DNA from: an uncultured bacterium
GTDB lineage: Bacteria; Patescibacteriota; Minisyncoccia; Phycocordibacterales; PALSA-1337
Reading direction: 5' to 3'
DNA: 64,000 nucleotides
Assembly: GCA_963848635.1 (NCBI GenBank)
Contig: CAWKEA010000002.1
Location: 13,464-77,463, forward strand
The position numbers and the translations under genes were made by a program. Under the pieces are notes generated by a model. The model worked only from the letters and a program-made list of their open reading frames with translations. It had not been told where the DNA came from and did not search any database. Shown one piece after another: positions 49,093 to 59,590 of the stretch (position 1 is its first letter; every line of letters starts with the position of its first letter).

Positions 49093-50379
49093 TTATTCTA
49101 TGAACGTCAGCGCTTTGCCTTTTTTGCCTGCACGGCCGGTGCGACCGATACGATGAACGTAATCCTCATAGGTCGAAGGCAAGTCATAATTGATCACATG
49201 GCTTATATCAGAGACATCTATGCCTCGAGCGGCTACGTCAGTCGCCACGAGAACCTGCAAATGATTGGTTTTGAAGAGATCGAGCGCCCTTTGCCGCTTG
49301 TTCTGATTCTTATTGCCATGAATCGATTCCGCGCTCACGCCGCGCTTGACGAGCTCATCTTTGAGGCGCTCGACGCCGTGCTTTGTGCGCCCGAAGATAA
49401 GGACGCGCGAAAAATCGGCTTGGCCGAGAAGCTCATGGAGGACATCAAGCTTGTTCCGCACGCCGACGCGCACTATGTCCTGATTGATGCTCTTCGCGGT
49501 ATCGCCCGTTTTCACCGATATCGACACTGGCTCGCGAAGGAAATCCTTTATAAGAGCGCTGACTTCCGGCGACATCGTAGCGGAAAAGAAAAGCGTCTGG
49601 CGCATCGCCGGCATCTTTGACATCATGAAACGCATATCATGGATGAATCCCATATCGAGCATGCGGTCTGCTTCATCCAGGACGACAGTCTTGAATTCAG
49701 CCAGATTGATCGCTCTGCGTTCGACGAGGTCTTTGAGCCTACCGGGAGTCCCGATAATGAAATTGTTCATCCGGCGCAGATTGCTCATCTGGCGGACGAT
49801 AGGCGCGCCACCGACGCAACACACGGAAAAAACCGAGAGCATCGACGCAAAATCTTTCAGCTCATCGTCGATCTGTGTGGCCAATTCGCGCGTCGGCACC
49901 ATGATGAGGATCTTTTCCTTGCGATTCTTCAAAACCTTGTCGATGAGAGGTATGAGAAAAGCGGCCGTCTTTCCAGTGCCAGTATTGGCGATACCGACTA
50001 CGTCCTGCCCGACAAGGATATGAGGGACAGCGCGATCTTGGATCGGCGTCGGATTTGTATAGCCTTTTTTCAAGATGTTCCCTTTGAGGCTTTCCTCTAT
50101 CTTGAAATCGAGAAACGAATGCTCGGGTTTGAAATTCGGTATTTCTTCGGTGACAACAGCCTTGTTGATGAATTTCGATATATCCTTGAATTGCTTGGCC
50201 GCGCCTCCCCTGCCGCCAGATCTAAAACCACCGCGTTGGCCGCCTCGATAGCCGCCGGATGAAGATGAAGGCCTTCCATGATATGGCTGTCGCTGTGCCG
50301 GAGAACGTCTGTCTGAATGGATCCCATAGCTGACTCTAGACCTGCTTCCTTGCCCTTGTGTAGATTGTTTGTTGTACAT
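49093..50379 (-). CDS. DEAD-box RNA helicase
   Basis: TGTGKT, PTRELA, DEAD, SAT, HRIGRTGR. Confidence 0.95.
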   Translation of the reverse strand: MYNKQSTQGQGSRSRVSYGIHSDRRSPAQRQPYHGRPSSSSGGYRGGQRGGFRSGGRGGAAKQFKDISKFINKAVVTEEIPNFKPEHSFLDFKIEESLKGNILKKGYTNPTPIQDRAVPHILVGQDVVGIANTGTGKTAAFLIPLIDKVLKNRKEKILIMVPTRELATQIDDELKDFASMLSVFSVCCVGGAPIVRQMSNLRRMNNFIIGTPGRLKDLVERRAINLAEFKTVVLDEADRMLDMGFIHDMRFMMSKMPAMRQTLFFSATMSPEVSALIKDFLREPVSISVKTGDTAKSINQDIVRVGVRNKLDVLHELLGQADFSRVLIFGRTKHGVERLKDELVKRGVSAESIHGNKNQNKRQRALDLFKTNHLQVLVATDVAARGIDVSDISHVINYDLPSTYEDYVHRIGRTGRAGKKGKALTFIE

Positions 50380-50458
50380 AGTGCTTGATAATACATTATC
50401 AAGATAAAATTGTCAAATTACATCGTGTCTCGCATATGATTCATCCGGCTCCCTCCCT

Positions 50459-51544
50459 TTATTCTTCGACATCAGGCCTCTCCAAAGCGATCATATCAGC
50501 GCCGATGCCGGGAGCTGTGCCGGCGATGCGCAGGACGTCCTTGTCTATCTTTTTGAATTCCTTGCCCGAGTTGTTGTAATGATTGACGACGGTCGAAAGC
50601 GACGTGCCGAGCTTGGCATGATATTCCTCATATTTTTTCAGATGGACGCCGAGCTGACCGACATGCTTGACGATATCCTTGGCAGTCTCTTCTATCTGCA
50701 TGGCCTTGAGCCCTTGCAAGACAGTCTGCAAGTAAGCCAAGAAAGACGTCGGCGAGACGATGATAACCTTGTACTTGCTTGCCGCTCTCTGGATCAGATT
50801 GTCCCCCTCTTCAACCGCTCCGCCTATCTTGTTCACCAAAAGATCATAATAGATAGCTTCGTGCGGTATGAACATGAAAGCAAAATCCATGGTCTTTTCA
50901 TCAGGACGCACGTATTTCGATGTCTCTTGGATGCGCAGTTTAAGGTCGTTCACAAAAGATCTTTCGAGCCGTTCTTTCTCTGCTGGGTTCTTTTCTTCGA
51001 CCATCCTGTTGTAATTTTCAAGCGAGAACTTCGAGTCGATCGGTATTATCTTGTCCTTGACAAAGACAACCGCGTCGACGATGACCTTTCCGCCTTTCTC
51101 ATCCGGTGCTCGGAATTCATATTGCATCTGGTATTGGCCGGGCGGTAAAACATTTTTCAGCAACGTTTCAAGATAATATTCGCCGAGGATGCCGCGCTGT
51201 TTCGGGTTCTTCAAGATGTCCTCCAGCTCGCGGAGCTGGTCTTGCACGGACAGAGATTGCTTGCCGATCTCTTTGACCTGGACAAGCTCGCTCGTGATGT
51301 CGCGGATCAATTTCTGCGATTCGCTGAACTGGCGATGCAAAGCGCTGTTGACTTCTTTCGCATTCTCGCCGAGCTTCATGTCGAGGGTATGCCGCAGATC
51401 GTTGACCTGATTGAGGATGAGCTTGAGGCCTTCGCCGCCGGTTTCTTCGACGGGCTTGTCTTCCTTGCGCCTAAAAAACGCGATCGCCAATACGATATTG
51501 GCCGCAACAGCGATGATGACGAGAATGCCGAGGATTATCTCCAT
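50459..51544 (-). CDS. rmuC: DNA recombination protein RmuC
   Basis: KQRGILGE, IPIDSKF, DFAFMFIP.E, SPTSF.AYL. Confidence 0.9.
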   Translation of the reverse strand: MEIILGILVIIAVAANIVLAIAFFRRKEDKPVEETGGEGLKLILNQVNDLRHTLDMKLGENAKEVNSALHRQFSESQKLIRDITSELVQVKEIGKQSLSVQDQLRELEDILKNPKQRGILGEYYLETLLKNVLPPGQYQMQYEFRAPDEKGGKVIVDAVVFVKDKIIPIDSKFSLENYNRMVEEKNPAEKERLERSFVNDLKLRIQETSKYVRPDEKTMDFAFMFIPHEAIYYDLLVNKIGGAVEEGDNLIQRAASKYKVIIVSPTSFLAYLQTVLQGLKAMQIEETAKDIVKHVGQLGVHLKKYEEYHAKLGTSLSTVVNHYNNSGKEFKKIDKDVLRIAGTAPGIGADMIALERPDVEE

Positions 51545-51621
51545 TGCCTCAAGTATACCTCATTATATTTTTCCATACACCCCAAAATGTCATTTCGTGT
51601 TATCATCTCTGCATTAGGATT

Positions 51622-52695
51622 ATGCGAATCAAAACGATCGGCATACTGTACCTCGCGGCTGTATTGATGTCTTTCGCAATGCCTTCTCTCGCTTCCGCGC
51701 ACGAAGTCTATGTTCTGACCCCTGCACAGGTAACCCAAGCCATCGGCACGCCTTCATTCGATATGGTGGCCACGGCAGAGCAGAATATCGGACAATTCGT
51801 GTTTTGGGCGTTCATCGGCATCCTTCTCGTGTTTGGAATCTTTTGGATATCGATTCTGCGATTTCTCGAGCAATGGCTCGATCCTACATTGTCTCAGCTC
51901 CGAAAATACACGCCGTTCATCGCTCGATTCACCATCGGCATCTCGTTTTTGGCCGGCGCATATTACCAGGCGACATATGGTCCGGAACTTCCTATCTCAA
52001 ATTTTGGAGCATGGGCTGGCTTTGTCACGGCAGTTCTCGTCATCGTCGGCACGCTCACTGTGATAGGCCTCTACACGCGCATCGCCGCTTTCGTCGCGCT
52101 TGCTCTGTATTGCGTGGCTGTATATTTCCACGGTTGGTATATGTTGACGTATGTAAATTATCTCGGCGAGATTATCGTTCTCCTCGTCCTCGGCGCGCAT
52201 AGCTTTAGCTTGGATAATTATTTTGCAAGAAGAAAAAATGCCGTCAAAAAAACGTCCTCTGCTTTTATCATCTGGATACACAAAATCCAGGAATATCTGG
52301 CGCCGCGGAGCTTTATGATATTGCGGATCCTTTTCGGGATCGCTTTGATATTCGCGTCTGCATATGCGAAGATCGTCCACAATAATCTGGCGCTCTTCAC
52401 CGTGGAAAAATATCATCTCGACCATATTCTCGGATTCGAGCCGCATTTTCTTGTCCTCGGCGCGGCCATCGTCGAGCTTCTCATCGGAACGTTCTTCATC
52501 CTCGGCATCGAATTGCGTTTCACCTCGCTCTTCTTCCTCTTTTGGCTGACCCTTTCCCTCATTTTTTTCGGCGAAGTCGTCTGGCCGCATCTCATGCTGA
52601 TCGGCATCCCGATCGCCTATATCTGCTATGGCTATGATCAATACTCGCTCGAAGGTTGGTTGTTCAGGAAAAAGAAATACGAGCCGGTGCTGTGA
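51622..52695 (+). CDS. multi-pass membrane protein with tandem DoxX-like halves
   Basis: Signal peptide (ASA-HEVY) and ~9 TM segments. Confidence 0.6.
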   Translation: MRIKTIGILYLAAVLMSFAMPSLASAHEVYVLTPAQVTQAIGTPSFDMVATAEQNIGQFVFWAFIGILLVFGIFWISILRFLEQWLDPTLSQLRKYTPFIARFTIGISFLAGAYYQATYGPELPISNFGAWAGFVTAVLVIVGTLTVIGLYTRIAAFVALALYCVAVYFHGWYMLTYVNYLGEIIVLLVLGAHSFSLDNYFARRKNAVKKTSSAFIIWIHKIQEYLAPRSFMILRILFGIALIFASAYAKIVHNNLALFTVEKYHLDHILGFEPHFLVLGAAIVELLIGTFFILGIELRFTSLFFLFWLTLSLIFFGEVVWPHLMLIGIPIAYICYGYDQYSLEGWLFRKKKYEPVL

Positions 52696-52700
52696 TTTTT

Positions 52701-53264
52701 TTACTTAACATAAACAGCAAAGGGTGCTTTGAGCCTTGCCCATCCGACTATAGTTCTTTGATGTGATTTCATGCCGATAGAAGGATTTTTTTGACAACAT
52801 GCAGTTGAAGCGCCTAGCCGAAATCTCATCGGAGCGCCATTGGTCTCTGAATAATTCCAAAGATCTATTTGAAGCAGATCGGTAAGTGTCTCTAACCTGT
52901 CAAAGACGAGGACTGTTGCAGCTTTATCAATTTTTCCCGTAACTTTTAATCCTTCATCGAGCTTTCTCCATTCGATGCCATCCGCAGACACACAGCTCGC
53001 CTGAGAATCATGCAATGTCCTTCGAGCTCCGTTTTTTGTCGATGCATTTATAAAAAGACAATATACGTCCTCACCTTCTGTGTGGGCCTGCTTACAAAAA
53101 TCTTGAACCTGAGAGACCTTTGCTTTTGGGGAATGAGCCAGCCAATATGTTTTTCCATGCTGTCCGATCTCATTTTTCTTCCAAGAAAAGATATCCGATA
53201 TCTCCTTACCGGCATGCATGCCGACGATCGTCATGACGACATATTTTTTGTCTAGAGGATCCAT
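52701..53264 (-). CDS. hypothetical protein
   Basis: 187-aa ORF, AT-richer than its neighbours. Confidence 0.6.
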   Translation of the reverse strand: MDPLDKKYVVMTIVGMHAGKEISDIFSWKKNEIGQHGKTYWLAHSPKAKVSQVQDFCKQAHTEGEDVYCLFINASTKNGARRTLHDSQASCVSADGIEWRKLDEGLKVTGKIDKAATVLVFDRLETLTDLLQIDLWNYSETNGAPMRFRLGASTACCQKNPSIGMKSHQRTIVGWARLKAPFAVYVK

Positions 53265-53278
53265 AAATTGAGATATTC

Positions 53279-53899
53279 CTAAAACGGACCAACCACGAGC
53301 GTCTGCGTCTCCTGTATATTCCGCCCATTCGCCGAAAAGACGCTGTGATCGTTCGCGTTCAAAGAGACAGTGATCGTATGTCTGCCAGGCGGTAAGATAC
53401 TGCTGTTAATGTGATACCAAGGACCGAGAAGAACCGTCAGAGCGCCGTCGATATAGAGATGCGCGTGGCCCTCATCTGCGATGGGCGCTTGATTTATATA
53501 CTGCGGCGTCCACGTAAAGTCTGTCGTCACGACGTGCAGATCCCAGCCATCGAGAGCATCTTTGGTTATAGTGAAGCTGACAGTCGGTATCGGGGCGGTC
53601 GTGCTCGCAAGTATGCCCGACGGCACGACGGAGGTCGTTGCGGTATTCATATTCATCCCATTCTCCATATTCATATCCATCATCGCGGTATCAGTCGCCA
53701 CAGCCTGCAGAGGGCCGACATAAAAAGCCTTCATGACCATTCCCGGCGGCATGTCGGTTTGCTCCGCTGTGGAAACCTTGTTTACGAGATATGGCGCGAT
53801 CAAAATCGCCATAAGCACGATCACAAGCAGTGCGAGCGCCTTGATCAAGGTATCCTTATCCATGCCTATATTCATTTTCATACGTTTCAATGATATCAT
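53279..53899 (-). CDS. exported Met/His-rich protein (possible metal binding); true start may be downstream
   Basis: TM, Met-rich linker, EGHAHLYIDG...NANDH. Confidence 0.6.
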   Translation of the reverse strand: MISLKRMKMNIGMDKDTLIKALALLVIVLMAILIAPYLVNKVSTAEQTDMPPGMVMKAFYVGPLQAVATDTAMMDMNMENGMNMNTATTSVVPSGILASTTAPIPTVSFTITKDALDGWDLHVVTTDFTWTPQYINQAPIADEGHAHLYIDGALTVLLGPWYHINSSILPPGRHTITVSLNANDHSVFSANGRNIQETQTLVVGPF

Positions 53900-53906
53900 T
53901 TACGGC

Positions 53907-54080
53907 ATGTCGCGCAAAACACTTGTTTGGATAGGCCTCGGCGTCGGCTCTACGGTCGGCTCGTTCATTCCCGGCTTGTGGGGTGGAAACGTGCTCATCT
54001 CGATCTCGTCGATATTCTTTTCTGGAGTCGGCGGCATCGTCGGCATCTGGGCCGGTTGGAAAGTGGCGAATTACTTTTGA
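53907..54080 (+). CDS. small Gly-rich membrane protein
   Basis: MSRKTLVWIGLGVGSTVGSFIPGLWG...; TGaTATCAT 7 nt upstream of the ATG. Confidence 0.6.
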   Translation: MSRKTLVWIGLGVGSTVGSFIPGLWGGNVLISISSIFFSGVGGIVGIWAGWKVANYF

Positions 54081-54484
54081 TCTTCTTTGTTTTCTCCTGC
54101 GGCAAGGTCGAGGCAGATCGAATTGAGGCAGTAGTGTTTGCCAGTCGCTTCGTTTTCATCTTCAAAAACATGCCCGAGATGCGAGCCGCAATTGGCACAG
54201 ACGACTTCGGTGCGATGCATGCCATGGCTATCGTCAGGAATCTCTTGTATCGCGCCGGGAATCGCCTGATCAAAGGAGGGCCATCCCGCCAACGAAGCCG
54301 GGCCTTTTTTTGGATCAAGCTTTGCTGTCGAAGGAAACAGCGCCGCGCCGCAGACCTTGCACATATATGTGCCTGCCTGTCTTTCATTCAAAAACTTTCC
54401 GCTCAACGGCGCTTCAGTCCCCTTTTCGCGTAGGACGCGATATTCTTCTGGCGTCAGTTTCTTTTTAAGGTCTTCTTCGTTCAT
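54071..54484 (-). CDS. msrB: methionine-R-sulfoxide reductase
   Basis: GTEAP, GWPSF, RTEV.C..C.SHLGHVF, YCLNS. Confidence 0.95.
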   Translation of the reverse strand: MNEEDLKKKLTPEEYRVLREKGTEAPLSGKFLNERQAGTYMCKVCGAALFPSTAKLDPKKGPASLAGWPSFDQAIPGAIQEIPDDSHGMHRTEVVCANCGSHLGHVFEDENEATGKHYCLNSICLDLAAGENKEDQK

Positions 54485-55047
54485 GATAAAATATTGATTA
54501 TATTAGGATATACGCGACGATAAGGAAATCAAGTGCATGAAAATATCAAATAACTATCGTTATAGAAAAAGCAGCCTTGAAAAGTAGCCAAAAAAATTGC
54601 TTAACGGATGAAATTTAGTTCGAGGAATGAAGTTAGTCTAAAGAAGCGATTTGATTTAAAGAAACGAATTAGTTCAATAAAGCAGATGAGCGCGATCATT
54701 CATTCGCACGGTTGGGGGGGTAGCGATATACATCTTCAAAAAGAGCATATTATAAATCGTATAATCCTACGACTTGTTTAAAATTTCAACGAGATTGAGC
54801 CATGAATTTGGTACCAAACACGAAGTTACCGTAAAATCCGTATAATCCTACGCCTCAAAATTACCACTTTTTAAGAAGAATAGACTTCCCCTCGCCGTGA
54901 GTTCACTAGTATGTCCATCACATTTCCGCTCGACCATTATCTGAATCAAACTCCAATTATCAAAATTCCACTCCAAGTTCATAGGCATAGCACGCATCAC
55001 CATTTTCCACTTCGCTTTTCGAGATGCGAACAATAAATTAAAATATC

Positions 55048-55371
55048 ATGCAAAAAATTACTTCATATTTAAAGTTAAGCACTAGCAGTTTTTTAGAGTT
55101 TTTTGTGCTCAAAATGATCTCAAGAAGATCGCATTCAATCCAGGAGATCTATGACGAGTTAAGGTCGATCGGCTTTCGAACTCCAAAGGGCAGCTTGTAT
55201 CCACTTTTGAGTTCCTTCCGCAAAAGAGGGCTCGTCGAGAGCGGCTTTGAAGAATTCGATGATGGTACAGTACAAAAGTCATATTGCCTCACAGACAGCG
55301 GCCGCCAGTATCTTCTCGAACTGAAGCGCGATTGGAAACATTTGAATTCACGGTTATCAGTCTCTAACTAA
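55048..55371 (+). CDS. PadR-family transcriptional regulator
   Basis: GSLYPLL...GLVES...Y.LT..GR wHTH. Confidence 0.8.
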   Translation: MQKITSYLKLSTSSFLEFFVLKMISRRSHSIQEIYDELRSIGFRTPKGSLYPLLSSFRKRGLVESGFEEFDDGTVQKSYCLTDSGRQYLLELKRDWKHLNSRLSVSN

Positions 55372-55393
55372 CCCCGCCAAACAAAGCTGCTAT

Positions 55394-55936
55394 TTACTTC
55401 AAAAGCTCCGCGAACCTCTTTTGCATCTTTTCAACTTTTGGCGCAATGACGAGCTGGCAGTAGGGCGCGCTCGAGTTGTTCTTGTAATAGTCATGGTGAT
55501 AGTCCTCTGCCTCGTAGAATTTTGATAGAGGCCGGACCTCAGTCACAACTGGCTTTTCATAAGCTTTTGCGTCATTCAATTCCTTGACCAAAGCTTCGGC
55601 CTTTTGTTTTTGCTCATCGTCCGCATAAAAGATGGCCGAGCGATATTGCGTGCCGACGTCATTGCCTTGCCTATTCAACGTGGTCGGATCGTGCGTATTG
55701 AAAAAGACCGCGAGCAAGTCGTCATAGGAGACAATTGATGGATCATAGGTGATTTCAATGGCTTCTGCGTGGCCAGTGTTGCCATTGCTTACTTGCTCAT
55801 AAGTTGGATCTGAAGTGACACCGCCGGCGTATCCCGGCACTACTTTTTGAACCCCTTTTACCATAGAGAATACGGCTTCTGTGCACCAGAAACAGCCGTT
55901 CGCAAAGACCGCTGTTTTGAGATTTTCTTCAATCAC
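55394..55936 (-). CDS. msrA: methionine-S-sulfoxide reductase
   Basis: GCFWC, GHAE, RQGNDVGTQYRS, AEDYH. Confidence 0.96.
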   Translation of the reverse strand: MIEENLKTAVFANGCFWCTEAVFSMVKGVQKVVPGYAGGVTSDPTYEQVSNGNTGHAEAIEITYDPSIVSYDDLLAVFFNTHDPTTLNRQGNDVGTQYRSAIFYADDEQKQKAEALVKELNDAKAYEKPVVTEVRPLSKFYEAEDYHHDYYKNNSSAPYCQLVIAPKVEKMQKRFAELLK

Positions 55937-55967
55937 GCTATTATTATATCAGAGATATGATCCTACT

Positions 55968-56123
55968 ATGAAAATAAAACTGAACTTTTTAGTGCGGTTC
56001 TTGGCAAAAGTCCGTTTCAAACATAAGGTACGAGCCTATGTCAGCAGAAACGGCTGCCATCCCGGACACCGCGCGCGACAGCTCTTGCGCGCCTTTTCAA
56101 ACAGGAAGTTTTTTGCCAGATAA
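55968..56123 (+). CDS. small basic protein (51 aa)
   Basis: ATG 6 nt after TATGAT; ends at the shared terminator. Confidence 0.4.
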   Translation: MKIKLNFLVRFLAKVRFKHKVRAYVSRNGCHPGHRARQLLRAFSNRKFFAR

Positions 56124-56139
56124 GATATTCCACAAAATC

Positions 56140-56172
56140 AAAGCTCGCCTTTCCCAGGCGAGCTCTTTTTTT
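56140..56172. terminator. bidirectional terminator-like hairpin
   Basis: aaagctcgcct-ttccc-aggcgagctcttttttt. Confidence 0.65.
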
Positions 56173-56198
56173 AGCCTTTATGCCAGATTATCAAAAAA

Positions 56199-56309
56199 CT
56201 ATTTATGCTTCTTTGTCTGCGCGGCTTTGCGGGCGTATTTCACTGCGAGGCGCTTCTTGGTCTTCTTTGACCTTGAACTATGTAGTTGCGATGATGCTCG
56301 TTTTGGCAT
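56199..56309 (-). CDS. small very basic protein (36 aa)
   Basis: MPKRASSQLHSSRSKKTKKRLAVKYARKAAQTKKHK; below the ORF-track length cutoff. Confidence 0.55.
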   Translation of the reverse strand: MPKRASSQLHSSRSKKTKKRLAVKYARKAAQTKKHK

Positions 56310-56360
56310 GTGGTTGTGATTACTTGTAAGTGGGTATAGTGTACATTAAATAATACGAGT

Positions 56361-56534
56361 CTACAAATAATTAGGCTTTGGCGTGTTCACTAGATAGAGT
56401 TCGAGAGCTTCGACAAGGTTTTTCACCGCTTCTCGGCGCGTTTTACCAAAGCTCGATACATCAATGTTGAGAGCTTGCGAAACATAATATTTCCCCTCCT
56501 TCCAAACGAGATTTTTAAAAGATATCTTCTTCAT
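56361..56534 (-). CDS. HicB-like antitoxin (short)
   Basis: VWKEGKYYVSQ...SSFGKT..EA..NL.EALELY. Confidence 0.8.
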   Translation of the reverse strand: MKKISFKNLVWKEGKYYVSQALNIDVSSFGKTRREAVKNLVEALELYLVNTPKPNYL

Positions 56535-56611
56535 GCTTCTATTGTACCATACAAAAGAAAAACCCGCCAAACTGCCGTCTCATTATAAAAGCATCGGCTT
56601 CCCTTCAGTAA

Positions 56612-58372
56612 TCACCCAAACGTAAACGTATACGCCTGTGCTCCAGACTGGTGGAATATAATGTCGATGCGATGCTGACCCATGACAGGGTTTGAATACA
56701 GGCCATAGAGCCGCGAGCCGGTGATGGTGAGGATGCCGTTCTTGACATCGCTTCCCTCGAGCGAAGCTGGTATTGGCTTGCCGTCGATCAAGACTGTCGC
56801 TGTGACTGGCTGGCCATCCGCCGTAGCCGCCACGATGTACATTTTGCTCGCGTCAAAGACATATGAAATTGAAGTAGTTGCCGACGCTGCTTGAGCATAT
56901 TCCTGCTCTATATCCCACGTGCCGCCAAGATAGAACGAATTTGGAGAAAGCTGAGCAGACGCGAGCGGCGTGGTGAACGTCTCTGTGCCAGCGCTCCCTT
57001 GCGCACCATTGCCGAAATATTCATTCCTCATCGCTCCGAAATACGTCTCTGGGCTGGCGACGTTGATAGGAACTGTGCTCGACAGTGATGTCGTTGCCTC
57101 CGTGACAGGCAGTTCGCCTAGCTTTTGGTGCAAGATGTCGAGCTGTTTGACGATCTCCGCCTCTGTATCAGAATACCCGCCTTCGCCGATGTGGTCATAG
57201 ACGATATTTCCGCTCGCGTCGATGATGTACTTGTGCGGCCAGTACTCGTTCTGGTACGCGCTCCATGTTTGATAGTTGTTGTCGAGGACGATAGGAAAAG
57301 TGAGACCGAATTGCTTTGCCGCGGCAGTGACGTTGTTAATGTCTTTTTCAAAAGCGAATTCGGGCGTATGGATAGCGATGACTTCGAGGCCTTGATTCTG
57401 ATAGTTCTGCCACCAGTCCTCCAAATACGGGAACGTACGCTCGCAATTGATACAAGAATAGTCGATGAAATCGATGAGAACGACTTTTTTGCCTATGAAT
57501 TGGCCGATCGTTATAGGCGCGCCGCCGGGCGTATTCACATAGCCTGACAGACCGGATAATTCGATATATTTGCCCTCGTTTCGCTCGTCAGGGATCGGTG
57601 CGCCATTGCCGCCGCCAAAGATATTCTGCGGGCCTACCCTGCCTTGCAGAGTCTCCGTTATGGCCTGTTCCACCTGTGTCACGTCAAAAAAGCCGCTGTT
57701 CAAAATGTCCGCTTCGGCTTTCTTGTCCCAACCAAATAGTATCGCTACGGCAATAAGCATAAAAAGGATACCGAGCGTCTTGCGGAACCAACCATACGGA
57801 TTGGCGGCCCATCCGAGCTTGTCCACGAGCTTTTGGCCGATCCATGCAATGAAAAGGAGCGCGAGCGCGAGGCCGATGATGTACGCCGCGAGGTCGATCA
57901 AACCTTGCGCCAGCGATTGAGGCAAGACTGTCGCCAGAATGACGAAGAACGTCGGCGAACATGTCGTGAATACCGGTCCGAGAGCGGCGCCGACAGCGAT
58001 GTCTGCCCACCAATGTCCCCGCGACTGATAGCCTTTTGAGAGCCATTTGTCTGGATTGGCGTGCCCAGGCATCTTGAGCATCATTTTCGTCCATATATCT
58101 GGAAAGACGAGGGTCAAGCCGAAAAAGACCAGGATCGCCGCCGACGCATAGCTCCAAAAAGACGGCGACGTCGTGATGAGCGCCGTAGAACCCTTGAGGA
58201 TGAGGGTAAAGATGAAAACAGAGACGCAGAGAGCGCCGATAATGATGAACGGACGCCTCTTGTTCCCTGCTTCTGCCACGGAGGAACCGAGCACTACCGG
58301 CAAAAGCGGCAGGATGCATGGGGCCAATATGGTCAGAACCCCGGCAATGAAGGAAATGATGAAAAATGTCAT
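56612..58372 (-). CDS. DipZ-like CcdA + thioredoxin + C-terminal domain fusion
   Basis: PCILPLLP, TCSP, SCINC, HTPEFAFEK, SPETYFG. Confidence 0.88.
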   Translation of the reverse strand: MTFFIISFIAGVLTILAPCILPLLPVVLGSSVAEAGNKRRPFIIIGALCVSVFIFTLILKGSTALITTSPSFWSYASAAILVFFGLTLVFPDIWTKMMLKMPGHANPDKWLSKGYQSRGHWWADIAVGAALGPVFTTCSPTFFVILATVLPQSLAQGLIDLAAYIIGLALALLFIAWIGQKLVDKLGWAANPYGWFRKTLGILFMLIAVAILFGWDKKAEADILNSGFFDVTQVEQAITETLQGRVGPQNIFGGGNGAPIPDERNEGKYIELSGLSGYVNTPGGAPITIGQFIGKKVVLIDFIDYSCINCERTFPYLEDWWQNYQNQGLEVIAIHTPEFAFEKDINNVTAAAKQFGLTFPIVLDNNYQTWSAYQNEYWPHKYIIDASGNIVYDHIGEGGYSDTEAEIVKQLDILHQKLGELPVTEATTSLSSTVPINVASPETYFGAMRNEYFGNGAQGSAGTETFTTPLASAQLSPNSFYLGGTWDIEQEYAQAASATTSISYVFDASKMYIVAATADGQPVTATVLIDGKPIPASLEGSDVKNGILTITGSRLYGLYSNPVMGQHRIDIIFHQSGAQAYTFTFG

Positions 58373-58461
58373 ATCGCTATAGATTTTGTGCAAAAAGCTC
58401 TATTTGTCTCGAGCATCTATATATACGCACAACATGACGTTTATGTTTCATCAGCTTGTTT

Positions 58462-59481
58462 TTACTGGCTGGAGATAAGCCCGAGGACTTTACCGACGAG
58501 TATGCTCGAATCGATCTGTCGATCATCTTGGTTGGAATGAAGGACAACGATAGCGATCGGATTATCGACACCGCTGATGGGAAGATTGAACATAGAAAGC
58601 ATAGTCTCACCTGCTTGATCGCTCCGGCCCGTCTTGCCGCCGATGTAATGCGGATCATAGGCGAATGGATCGATGTTAACGAAATCATGGCCATCATGGA
58701 GAGTCGTTGTGGCCACATCGAATTGCGGCATCTTGGTTATTGCAAGGATGCCCGGATCATCGCTATAGAGATATCGCGCCAGTTTGAAGAGGTCGTTCGC
58801 CGACGAGACGTTGTTCGGCGAGAGACCAGATGGATCTTTGAACGAAGTCTGCGACATGCCGAGCGATCGGGCAGTCGAATTCATGAGCGATATAAAGGCC
58901 GTATAGCCGAAATTATTCGCAAAAGCCAGCGCGGCGTCATTGGAAGAGATGAGAAGCATCCCAGTGAGCAGATCATGCGCGGAAAAAGTCTCGCCAGGAT
59001 GGATGTCGTCCGTCTGCTCATATCCAGTGACAGATGAAGATGATATCCCTATCTGCCTATCCGGATCCATATTCTCGTCGATGACGAGAGCAGTGACAAG
59101 CTTCGATATTGAAGCTATCGGGCGGACGACAGCTGGGCTTTTTTCAAGATAGATCCGGCCTGTGGCTAGATTGCCGACTAGATACGAATCTGCGGTTATT
59201 ATATCGGGCTGAACGGGGTTTTGCGCCTTCCGGCTTGACAAGGATTGCGAATCGGGCACAGATGACGAATGTCGCGCGGCGGAAGGATGATCCGATGGCG
59301 CGCTTGAGTTGAAGAAAGAAGAATCTATAGCGTGTCGATCGGTGGAAGCCGTCGTCGACGCTAGGCTCCCGGCCGTGACAGCTCTGCTTTTCATCTGTGC
59401 CGTGTCGATGAAACCGATCACGAGCACTAATACCGAGACACTGATGATCGTTTTGAGATGTATGTCATTTTGCATGGACAC
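58462..59481 (-). CDS. D-alanyl-D-alanine carboxypeptidase (S11)
   Basis: ASISKL (SxxK), SSNDAA (SxN), GGKTG. Confidence 0.9.
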   Translation of the reverse strand: MSMQNDIHLKTIISVSVLVLVIGFIDTAQMKSRAVTAGSLASTTASTDRHAIDSSFFNSSAPSDHPSAARHSSSVPDSQSLSSRKAQNPVQPDIITADSYLVGNLATGRIYLEKSPAVVRPIASISKLVTALVIDENMDPDRQIGISSSSVTGYEQTDDIHPGETFSAHDLLTGMLLISSNDAALAFANNFGYTAFISLMNSTARSLGMSQTSFKDPSGLSPNNVSSANDLFKLARYLYSDDPGILAITKMPQFDVATTTLHDGHDFVNIDPFAYDPHYIGGKTGRSDQAGETMLSMFNLPISGVDNPIAIVVLHSNQDDRQIDSSILVGKVLGLISSQ

Positions 59482-59590
59482 CTAGTATACCAGAATGCCG
59501 TTGATAAAAATGCGGCCAAAAGAGATACAGAAGCAGTCGCGATCATCTTGATATATCAAAAATTCTGCTATAATCAGGCACAAATAAACC

